Shown: one piece after another, positions 1-6,987 of the stretch
Layout of the letters: every line of letters begins with the position of its first letter
Numbering within the stretch: position 1 is the stretch's first letter
Source: an uncultured Spirochaetaceae bacterium
Lineage (GTDB): Bacteria; Spirochaetota; Spirochaetia; Sphaerochaetales; Sphaerochaetaceae
Length of the DNA stretch: 39,234 nucleotides
Direction: 5' to 3'
Assembly: GCA_964623005.1 (NCBI GenBank)
Contig: CAZURL010000001.1
Location: 1-39,234, forward strand
Position numbers and translations under genes: made by a program
Notes under the pieces: generated by a model
Database searches by the model: none
What the model was told of the DNA's origin: nothing
Seen by the model: the letters and a program-made list of their open reading frames with translations, nothing else

Positions 1-749
1 ATCACATAGGATTTGAACCAGCCGTCACGAATCTCGCAGATCGTAGTCGGTGCGCTCATGGAGATCTCATCCAGCTTATCCTGACCGTACACAACCATAC
101 CACGTTTGATGCCAAGATTGATCAGAACCTGCGCCAGCGGTTCAACAAGATAATCATCATACACACCGAGAAGCTGCATGGATGGTGTGCCTGGATTCGT
201 AAGAGGACCGAGAATATTGAATACAGTACGGAAACCAAGTTCCTTGCGTATAGCCCCAACGTATTTCATAGATGTGTGATATTTCTGTGCAAAGAAGAAG
301 CACATACCGACCTCATTCAGTAGTTCAATACATCTTGCTGGACTCTGCTGGATGTTTACCCCAAGGGCTTCCAGACAATCTGCCGTTCCGCACTGGGAGG
401 ATGAGGCTCTGTTGCCGTGTTTTGCGACCTTCATACCGCCTGCCGCCGCTACAAGGGCTGAGGTGGTAGAAATATTAAAGCTGTGAGCGTTGTCACCGCC
501 AGTACCGACAATTTCAAAAAGTTCCATATTAGTCTCGACCTTGGTAGCATGCGCTCTCATCGCAGCCGCACAGCCGGCAATTTCGTCTGTCGTTTCGGCT
601 CTGGCGCTTTTGGTAGAGAGTGCGGCGAGAAAAGCGGCATTCTGTGTGGGTGTAGTTTCACCGCTCATAATTTCATTCATGACGGTATACGCCTCATCGT
701 AGGTGAGGTCTTCTTTATTTACGATCTTTACAATGGCTTCTTTAATCAT
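1..749 (-). CDS. trpD: anthranilate phosphoribosyltransferase, 3'-truncated by window edge
   Basis: Own translation of minus strand from ATG at 749: [48 protein letters not shown]...[53 protein letters not shown] (GTGGD and KHGNR TrpD motifs). Starts 4 nt after the trpG stop. Absent from the ORF track because it runs off the window. Confidence 0.9.
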   Translation of the reverse strand, partial: MIKEAIVKIVNKEDLTYDEAYTVMNEIMSGETTPTQNAAFLAALSTKSARAETTDEIAGCAAAMRAHATKVETNMELFEIVGTGGDNAHSFNISTTSALVAAAGGMKVAKHGNRASSSQCGTADCLEALGVNIQQSPARCIELLNEVGMCFFFAQKYHTSMKYVGAIRKELGFRTVFNILGPLTNPGTPSMQLLGVYDDYLVEPLAQVLINLGIKRGMVVYGQDKLDEISMSAPTTICEIRDGWFKSYV

Positions 750-752
750 GGA

Positions 753-1325
753 TCATATCTCCTTTATAAAATTATATAGCATCTGCTTTCCATCCGGTGT
801 CATAATGGATTCGGGATGGAATTGTACACCGTAAATGGGATACTCTTTGTGCTGTACCGCCATTACCTCACCACCATCTGTGGTGAGTGCTGTTATTTTC
901 AATTCTTCGGGAATGGTATCGGCAGCGGCCGCAAGGGAATGATACCGTGCGACAGGTGCAACTTCGGGACAGCCCTTAAATAACGGGCAACCCGTGTCAA
1001 ATTTCACATTCGATTGTTTACCGTGCATTAGTTCCTTTGCATAGGTAATAGTTGCACCGAATGCCGCACAAATTGCCTGATGCCCCAGACAAACACCGAG
1101 AATGGGAATGTCTTTTCCGAGTGTTTTTGCGGCTTCAATTATAATTCCGGCATCTTCGGGTCTGCCTGGACCGGGTGAGAGAATAATACGAGCTGGGTTC
1201 AATTTCTTAATTCCCTCTATCGTCATTTCATCGTTACGTATGACCTTGATATCCGTATCGATCTCACCAATAAGCTGAAAAAGATTATAGGAAAAGCTGT
1301 CGTAGTTATCTATCAGAAGAATCAC
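753..1325 (-). CDS. trpG: anthranilate synthase component II (glutamine amidotransferase)
   Basis: 190-aa ORF with class-I GATase motifs (ILSPGPG, GVCLGHQ, GVQFHPES). 4-nt overlap with trpE. Sits in a trpE-G-D context. Confidence 0.92.
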   Translation of the reverse strand: MILLIDNYDSFSYNLFQLIGEIDTDIKVIRNDEMTIEGIKKLNPARIILSPGPGRPEDAGIIIEAAKTLGKDIPILGVCLGHQAICAAFGATITYAKELMHGKQSNVKFDTGCPLFKGCPEVAPVARYHSLAAAADTIPEELKITALTTDGGEVMAVQHKEYPIYGVQFHPESIMTPDGKQMLYNFIKEI

Positions 1326-2788
1326 AATTCTGCCTCCTGTGCAAGTTCTAATGCTTTAAGTGAAGATTTGGCTTTGTTCAGACATTCTTCAAATTCCTTC
1401 TCGGGTACAGAATCCGCCACAATTCCGGCTCCGCTTCTCACGAATACCTTCCCGTTCTTCTTATAGGCAATGCGGATGGCAATACAGGTATCCATATTCC
1501 CCGTGAAGTCGATATAGCCAATGGCACCGCCATAGATGCCACGCTTGTTGTTTTCAAGTTCCCCTATTAACTGGCAAGCTCTAATCTTCGGCGCACCGGA
1601 AAGCGTTCCAGCAGGTAATACCGCTTCAATGGCATCCAGTGCATCGTGATTTTCGCTGATTTCACCACGCACCGTAGAGCCGATGTGCATAACATGGGAG
1701 AAGCGTTCAATGGAATGGAGCTTTTCGACCTGTACAGTACCGAACTTGCTTATTTTTCCGAGATCATTTCGTCCTAAATCGACCAGCATATTGTGTTCGG
1801 CAAGTTCCTTTTCGTCAGCAAGCAGCTCGGCTTCAAGAGCTTTGTCTTCTTCCACAGTTTTGCCTCTCGGTCTTGTCCCTGCAAGCGGGAAAGTGTGCAG
1901 CACACCATTTTCCAGCTTTACCAGCGTTTCGGGAGATGCTCCTGTAACCTCTACGTCTGTTCCTGAAAAATAAAACATATACGGTGATGGATTGATTGTG
2001 CGAAGCACACGGTAGGTATTCAAGAGACTTCCCTCAAAAGGCGCACTTAGGCGGTTGGAAAGTACAATCTGGAAAATATCCCCCTCACGGATATGGTACT
2101 TTGCTTTTTCTACCATGCCGCAGAATTGCTCTTTGTCAAACAACGGCGTAACTTCTCCAAGTAGCTTGCCCCCCGGTTCATTCTTCTTTTCGCCGTGTCT
2201 CAAAAGCTCTACGAGCTGCTTCAATTCCATAACTGCTTTGTTGTAACCTGTTTCCGGCTCATCCAACGGCATATTCACAATGAGAATAATTTTCTGTCGG
2301 AGATGATCGAATGCGATAACTTTATCAAAGAGCATCAGGTCAACATCCTTAAATGCCTCGGTATCTTCTACATCACATTTAACGGTCGGCTCGCTGTAGG
2401 TGAGATAATCATAGGAGAAGTATCCGACAAGACCGCCTGTAAAGGAAGGGAGATAATCGAAACGGGGACTTATGTAATCTGTAAGGATCTGGCGGAGATA
2501 GTGGGACGGGTTATCCGTCTTAACCTTGAGGTTGCCGATCTTCATTTCGCCATCAATGCAAGTGATCTCCATTTTCGGGTCAAACCCAAGGAAAGTATAA
2601 CGTCCCCAAGTTTCATTTGCCTGAGCGGATTCCAGCATATAGCAATGAGTGGATACATTTTTCAGTATCTTCATCACTTCAATAGGGGTTGTGAAGTCGG
2701 AAAGGATTTCAAGGCTGACCGGCAATACGTTATAACGACCAGTTGCTGCGATTTCTTTGACTCGGGCAAAAGTTGGCTGAATTTTCAT
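1322..2788 (-). CDS. trpE: anthranilate synthase component I
   Basis: Chorismate-binding family motifs (LESA..., PSPYMFY, GAPKIRA, GIYGGAIGY). The track ORF extends to a TTG at 2803, but the ATG at 2788 (MKIQPTF) has a GGAGG 8 nt upstream. Confidence 0.93.
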   Translation of the reverse strand: MKIQPTFARVKEIAATGRYNVLPVSLEILSDFTTPIEVMKILKNVSTHCYMLESAQANETWGRYTFLGFDPKMEITCIDGEMKIGNLKVKTDNPSHYLRQILTDYISPRFDYLPSFTGGLVGYFSYDYLTYSEPTVKCDVEDTEAFKDVDLMLFDKVIAFDHLRQKIILIVNMPLDEPETGYNKAVMELKQLVELLRHGEKKNEPGGKLLGEVTPLFDKEQFCGMVEKAKYHIREGDIFQIVLSNRLSAPFEGSLLNTYRVLRTINPSPYMFYFSGTDVEVTGASPETLVKLENGVLHTFPLAGTRPRGKTVEEDKALEAELLADEKELAEHNMLVDLGRNDLGKISKFGTVQVEKLHSIERFSHVMHIGSTVRGEISENHDALDAIEAVLPAGTLSGAPKIRACQLIGELENNKRGIYGGAIGYIDFTGNMDTCIAIRIAYKKNGKVFVRSGAGIVADSVPEKEFEECLNKAKSSLKALELAQEAEL

Positions 2789-2822
2789 AATCAGTTCCTC
2801 CAAATAGGTAAAGTAAAGTGGG

Positions 2823-2891
2823 TCATTTATTAGGATGATTCAATTTCAATATTCGGCGCACAGTGCGCCACCAACGTTTTGTATGCAGCAT
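2823..2891 (-). CDS. candidate 22-codon upstream ORF MLHTKRWWRTVRRILKLNHPNK with tandem Trp codons
   Basis: Perfect AGGAGG (2899-2904, minus) 7 nt before the ATG. Two adjacent UGG codons. Ends 32 nt before the trpE ATG. No homology evidence is possible for so short a peptide. Confidence 0.3.
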   Translation of the reverse strand: MLHTKRWWRTVRRILKLNHPNK

Positions 2892-2904
2892 ATTGCAACC
2901 TCCT

Positions 2905-2950
2905 AAAACAAAGAAAAGACTCCTTTGAGCGTCTATCTCAGTCAAAGGAG
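2905..2950 (-). terminator. second intrinsic terminator-like hairpin in trp leader
   Basis: Minus strand: CTCCTTTGA-13 nt loop-TCAAAGGAG (9 perfect bp) followed by TCTTTTCTTTGTTTT. Confidence 0.5.
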
Positions 2951-2956
2951 CCTTAT

Positions 2957-2999
2957 AAAACAAAAACATCCTTGAAAGAGATATACACTCTATCAAGGA
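2957..2999 (-). terminator. T-box terminator hairpin
   Basis: Minus strand: TCCTTGATAGAG-TGTATAT-CTCTTTCAAGGA (12 bp, 1 mismatch) followed by TGTTTTTGTTTT. Its 5' arm CCTTGAT can instead pair with ATCAAGG of the T-box sequence, forming the antiterminator. Confidence 0.7.
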
Positions 3000-3252
3000 C
3001 GAATAAAAACACTTATCCGCGGTGCCACCTTGATTCATAGGAATGACCCTATGCACTTAGCAGGATACAAACATATCCCCAGCAAATGACGTCTGCCTAC
3101 AACGTCGCAGAATACTTTGTGAAATTCACATTTGACTGCGCCCTCAGCGGCCCATTTGACAACTTGTTTCTTACCTGACTCTCAGCACCACAGGCTCTCT
3201 GTAAAGGCATCATTGCCGTTATCTCCGCTTCAACGGTTTGAAGTATTAAATT
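2957..3252 (-). promoter_or_regulatory. T-box leader, predicted tRNA-Trp specific, controlling trpEGD
   Basis: T-box sequence AATCAAGGTGGCACCGCG at 3017-3035 (minus), versus consensus AAUNAGGGUGGNACCGCG. Stem I elements are CAGAGAG and GGTGCTGAGAG. Candidate specifier UGG (3152-3154) followed by a purine lies just before the closing helix GCGG/CCGC. The antiterminator bulge UGGC matches a G73 discriminator. Confidence 0.8.
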
Positions 3253-3258
3253 TTGTGT

Positions 3259-3288
3259 ATTGTATTTCAGTTTTACATACCTTATCAA
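3259..3288 (-). promoter_or_regulatory. sigma70-type promoter for trp leader
   Basis: Minus strand TTGATA-18 nt-TACAAT, positioned just upstream of Stem I. Confidence 0.45.
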
Positions 3289-3312
3289 TAGGTATGTGCG
3301 GATTGTTATAAT

Positions 3313-3660
3313 TTATTCACATTCTGCTATATAAAGGTTCTTATACTCTGTTACAGTCTTCAAATAGGTTTCCGGATCATCGTTCAAAATAAGATCGGCG
3401 TATTCAAGCGGTTCATTGTAGATCAGATAGTCAAGCTCCGACCTCTGATACATATTGTCGGCAACCTCTTTCTCAACAGCATCGTGTCAATCGCAATCAT
3501 GCTGTCATCGCTGAATTTCAGTTCCACACAAGCAATCCATGTTGAACTCATAAAAAATCAAAGGCGGCATATCCACCCTCTTAGGTTTCAATGCCTCCTT
3601 GATCGCTTGATAGGTGTCTTTCTTCTCCGCATCGACAAATCAAGCTCGTCCATATCCAAG
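3313..3660 (-). pseudogene. decayed ORF of unknown family (single frame interrupted by three TGA codons)
   Basis: Own translation: ...GYGRA*FVDAEKKDTYQAIKEALKPKRVDMPPLIFYEFNMDCLCGTEIQR*QHDCD*HDAVEKEVADNMYQRSELDYLIYNEPLEYADLILNDDPETYLKTVTEYKNLYIAECE*. Composition is protein-like, but there is no usable start codon. Confidence 0.25.
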
Positions 3661-3674
3661 TTTATTTCGATATG

Positions 3675-4832
3675 TTACTTTGCATTCAGTTTGGACAATA
3701 AACATACCGTCTCTATATGTGGAGAGCCAGGAAACATGTCTACAGGTTGTATGCCTATTATCCTGTATGGCAAAAATCGTCTTATATACCGTAAATCACG
3801 CTGTAGGGATTCAGGTGAACATGAGATATAAACAATTCTATCAGGGGCCATCCTTCCAGCTGCGGCAAGAAATTCCTCGGTTGCGCCGGATCGTGGAGGA
3901 TCCAAGAATAGTACATCACATTTTTCTTTCCGTTTTGCCGCTGCTTTCATATACTTTGAAGCATCTGCATTTACGAATGTGACGTTATCAAGATTATTCA
4001 TCCTTGCATTCTCCTCAGCATCTTTGACAGCTTCTGGATTTGATTCAATGCCGAGAACCGTTGAACCATATGTTGCAGCAATAAGGGCGATCGTTCCCGT
4101 GCCGCAGTACGCATCAATCACGATATCATCGGGACGAAGCATTGCCATATTCATTGCGATTTTATATAGCCGTTCCGCCATGTAAGGATTCACTTGATAG
4201 AAAGAGACAGGAGAAATCCGAAAATACAGACCGCACATCCTATCCGTGATATAAGGCTTGCCATAGATAAGGCGAACCTTGGGATTTTCAGGAATAACCA
4301 TGCTTGTCTTTTCATCATTCCTGATTGCAACGACACCTTTCACAAACGGATGCTTCTGATGGATAGCTGCGGCAAGATCGTTCTCGTGAGGAATCTTGTC
4401 AGTTGCTGTAATGAGCACTACAAGAGCCTCATTATTATGGGCGGCAACCCGTATAAGCACATGCCTTAGATTACCATAGCCCATGTCCTCATCATATGCG
4501 ATGATGCCATATCGATTTGAGAGAGAGCGTATGGTTTCAAGTATCTGCCCAACCCTCTCATCTTCAAGTGGACAGAAGCGAACAGGGATAAGTTTGTGGC
4601 TGCCTTTGCGATAGATACCAGTGACAAGTCGACCATCGACTGTGCCACAGACAGCTTGTGCCTTGCATCGATAGCCTGTGATTCTGTCGCTTTTGAGGAT
4701 AGGCGCGACCTTGCAAAAACGAGAGAGAAGCTTCTCTTCTGTGATGCGTTTATCCAAAAGCTCATCTGAGTATGGAATATTGGCATACGTACATCCACCA
4801 CAGCGGCCTGATAGAGAACAATGACGTCTCAT
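3675..4832 (-). CDS. 23S rRNA (uracil-5)-methyltransferase, RumA/RlmD/TrmA family, with Fe-S Cys cluster
   Basis: N-terminal CSLSGRCGGC plus a downstream Cys. SAM motif DAYCGTGT. C-terminal DPPRSG and ISCSP...VDMFP motifs typical of the family. Confidence 0.85.
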   Translation of the reverse strand: MRRHCSLSGRCGGCTYANIPYSDELLDKRITEEKLLSRFCKVAPILKSDRITGYRCKAQAVCGTVDGRLVTGIYRKGSHKLIPVRFCPLEDERVGQILETIRSLSNRYGIIAYDEDMGYGNLRHVLIRVAAHNNEALVVLITATDKIPHENDLAAAIHQKHPFVKGVVAIRNDEKTSMVIPENPKVRLIYGKPYITDRMCGLYFRISPVSFYQVNPYMAERLYKIAMNMAMLRPDDIVIDAYCGTGTIALIAATYGSTVLGIESNPEAVKDAEENARMNNLDNVTFVNADASKYMKAAAKRKEKCDVLFLDPPRSGATEEFLAAAGRMAPDRIVYISCSPESLQRDLRYIRRFLPYRIIGIQPVDMFPGSPHIETVCLLSKLNAK

Positions 4833-4921
4833 CAGGGCCTCGGTATGCAGACGTACTGTGAAGTCTTTTCAATTTTCATATGGGTGAATATATCAGAAAT
4901 GGAAGGAAAAAGAATAGCGAT

Positions 4922-4941
4922 ATGGCTGCCGAAGCAGCCAT
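4922..4941 (-). terminator. hairpin after nucleoside ABC operon
   Basis: ATGGCTGC-ttcg-GCAGCCAT (8 bp) 5 nt after the permease stop. T-rich sequence (ATCGCTATTCTTTTT) follows on the minus strand. Confidence 0.5.
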
Positions 4942-4946
4942 AATCG

Positions 4947-5894
4947 TCAGGTTCTCATCTCTCTGTTAAATGGCTTTCCAAGTGACGTAGGTGCTGTTGT
5001 CTGGTTTCTTGATGTAAATGAGAGAACGATGATTACAAGCACATACGGCAGCATAACAGCAAGCTCGTAAGGGAATGAGATACCCATCGACTGTATCTGC
5101 GTCTGGAAAGTCTGAGCGAATGTGAATAGAAGCGCTCCTCCCATGATCTGAAGCGGATGCCAATGTCCGAAATAGACAAGTGCAACTGCAATGAATCCAC
5201 GACCGGATATGAGAGTATCAGAGAACATTTTTGCCTGTGCAATCGAGAGATATGCTCCTGCAAGACCTGCAAGGGCGCCTCCAAGGAGAAGGGATTCATA
5301 CCTAACCCTAGAGACATTGATGCCCAAGGAATCTGCGGCTCTTGGGTTAGTCCCCACAGCCCTGATCTTGAGGCCCCACGGCGTCTTGAAAAGTATGTAC
5401 CATGCAATAGGAACGAAGATATATGCAAGATATGCCGCAACATTGTGGGAGAAGAAGATATCTCCCAAGAAAGGTATCTTCGAAAGCAGTGGGATATCTA
5501 CATCGGGGATGCCGGGAATGGACTGAGTACCGCCGACAAAATGCCTGAATAACGTTCCAGCAGTTCCGACTCCGAACATCTGGAAACCGATACCAGCAAT
5601 ACCCTGAGGCGCGCGGAATGTTACAGTCACAACGGCAAAGAACAAACCAAGGAGCGCACCAACGCCAGCAGCTGATACGAAACCAAGCAGATTGTACCAC
5701 TGTGAGACGCGCGCACCACCGCCGGCTGCAAAAGGAATCAACATCCCGATGAATGCCCCCATCGCCATGATACCTTCACAGCCAAGGTTGAATACACCGG
5801 CTCTCTGGTTGAACATCTCTCCAAGAGAAGCGAGAAGAAGCGCAACGGAGAACGGGATACACATAGAAAGCATATTAGTAAGTACTGTAAGCAT
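4947..5894 (-). CDS. BMP-family (nucleoside-type) ABC transporter permease
   Basis: Polytopic membrane protein resembling YufQ/NupQ-type permeases. The ATG at 5894 (MLTVLTNML) lies 1 nt after the upstream stop; the track ORF start at 5957 would overlap the upstream gene by 62 nt. Confidence 0.85.
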   Translation of the reverse strand: MLTVLTNMLSMCIPFSVALLLASLGEMFNQRAGVFNLGCEGIMAMGAFIGMLIPFAAGGGARVSQWYNLLGFVSAAGVGALLGLFFAVVTVTFRAPQGIAGIGFQMFGVGTAGTLFRHFVGGTQSIPGIPDVDIPLLSKIPFLGDIFFSHNVAAYLAYIFVPIAWYILFKTPWGLKIRAVGTNPRAADSLGINVSRVRYESLLLGGALAGLAGAYLSIAQAKMFSDTLISGRGFIAVALVYFGHWHPLQIMGGALLFTFAQTFQTQIQSMGISFPYELAVMLPYVLVIIVLSFTSRNQTTAPTSLGKPFNREMRT

Positions 5895-5895
5895 A

Positions 5896-6987
5896 TCAGG
5901 CCTCCTTCTTGCCAAGCTTTGAGATTCTTCGCCATACACGATCTTGGAAGTAAGCATTGGAAAGAACCATCTGAGCTGTGACTATAACGATGATTATCAC
6001 ACCCTGCATTACCTGCACGATATTCGCAGGAACTCCGACTCTCGATGGAGCAAGCGTCGCTCCATAGATCAAGAGTCCGAAGAAGAAGGATGCTGGTATG
6101 ATACCGAATGGGTGCAGTCCTCCGAAGAGCGCAACAACAACACCGGAGAATCCATAGTTGTTTGTAACGCCTTCAAGCGCTCTTCTGTGGACGCCTGCGA
6201 TCTCAATGCCGCCTGCAAGACCGGAGAATGCACCGGAGATAACCATTGCAAGCGTTACATAGAACGCAACATTTATTCCGCCATATTTTGCAGCACGAGC
6301 CTCAGCCCCAGATGCTCTCATGCGAAATCCTACCGTAGTTTTCCACATCAGGAAGAAAATCACAGCAGCAAGTACGATCGCGATTATGAGTCCATAATGA
6401 AGTCTGGTACCAGATAATCTTCCCAGCCATACATTCTCTGTCAGTCTCATCGACTGAGGTGTTCCAGCTGCGCCTAATCCCTGCTCTGCCGGATCAAGGA
6501 AGATTGTTCGAAGACAGAGCGAATAGATCTGAGCCGCAATGTAGTTGAGCATAACCGTCGACAAAAGTTCAGATACATTGAGCTTGGATTTCAGAATACC
6601 TGGAATAAAGCCCCAGAGACCACCGCCGATAACTGCCGCCAAAAGCGCAACAGGAAGGAGAATCGGACGCGAAAGCGATGGAAGTGCAAGAGCAACGCCT
6701 GTGAAAGAAAGGATGCCAATTGCCATCTGCCCTTCTGCCCCGATATTGATTATCCCTGATCGATAAGCAACCGTGATACCAAGCGCGATTATGCAAAGCG
6801 GTATTGCTCTGATAAGAACCTCGGTCAAATGAAGCTTATTGGTAAGAGGAACAATACAGATTGTATAGAAAGTTCTACCTACATCTGCGCCGATCATCCA
6901 GAGAATTATCGATGCAATCAGCACCGCAGCGATGGCTGCAATGAGAATGATCGCAGCTTTGAACGCAATTTTGAAAGTCTTTGTCAT
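5896..6987 (-). CDS. BMP-family (nucleoside-type) ABC transporter permease
   Basis: 363-aa polytopic membrane protein. ATGA overlap with the upstream ATPase gene. Confidence 0.88.
   Translation of the reverse strand: MTKTFKIAFKAAIILIAAIAAVLIASIILWMIGADVGRTFYTICIVPLTNKLHLTEVLIRAIPLCIIALGITVAYRSGIINIGAEGQMAIGILSFTGVALALPSLSRPILLPVALLAAVIGGGLWGFIPGILKSKLNVSELLSTVMLNYIAAQIYSLCLRTIFLDPAEQGLGAAGTPQSMRLTENVWLGRLSGTRLHYGLIIAIVLAAVIFFLMWKTTVGFRMRASGAEARAAKYGGINVAFYVTLAMVISGAFSGLAGGIEIAGVHRRALEGVTNNYGFSGVVVALFGGLHPFGIIPASFFFGLLIYGATLAPSRVGVPANIVQVMQGVIIIVIVTAQMVLSNAYFQDRVWRRISKLGKKEA

Noticed and set aside
483-779. Plus-strand ORFs of 70-98 aa (483-779, 490-702, 272-469) inside the trpD region.
   Set aside because: They are antisense shadows of a clearly recognisable trpD reading frame. 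They have no RBS and low-complexity translations.
2195-2833. A 212-aa plus-strand ORF opposite trpE, together with other long antisense ORFs such as 36174-36974 (266 aa), 24313-24855, 7306-7809 and 30524-31036.
   Set aside because: Each lies fully antisense to a gene with strong family motifs. Their translations are Ser/Cys/Ile-rich and family-less, so they are treated as shadow ORFs.
2900-3060. TRAP-type (G/U)AG triplet repeat array as an alternative trp attenuation mechanism.
   Set aside because: I looked for about 9-11 GAG/UAG triplets at 2-3-nt spacing around the terminators. Only isolated GAG/UAG triplets are present, with no regular array.
2823-3288. The 77-aa (2823-3056) and 63-aa (3097-3288) minus-strand ORFs upstream of trpE.
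   Set aside because: They run through the T-box leader and both terminator hairpins. Only the last 22 codons, which have their own AGGAGG and ATG, are kept, as a low-confidence uORF.
3313-3660. Genome-wide TGA reassignment (code 4/25) or selenocysteine, suggested by three in-frame TGAs.
   Set aside because: trpG, the PNPOx gene, permeases and other well-defined genes in the window terminate at TGA at the expected protein length. I see no SECIS-like hairpin after the TGAs. The observation is kept only as a local pseudogene or foreign-fragment finding.
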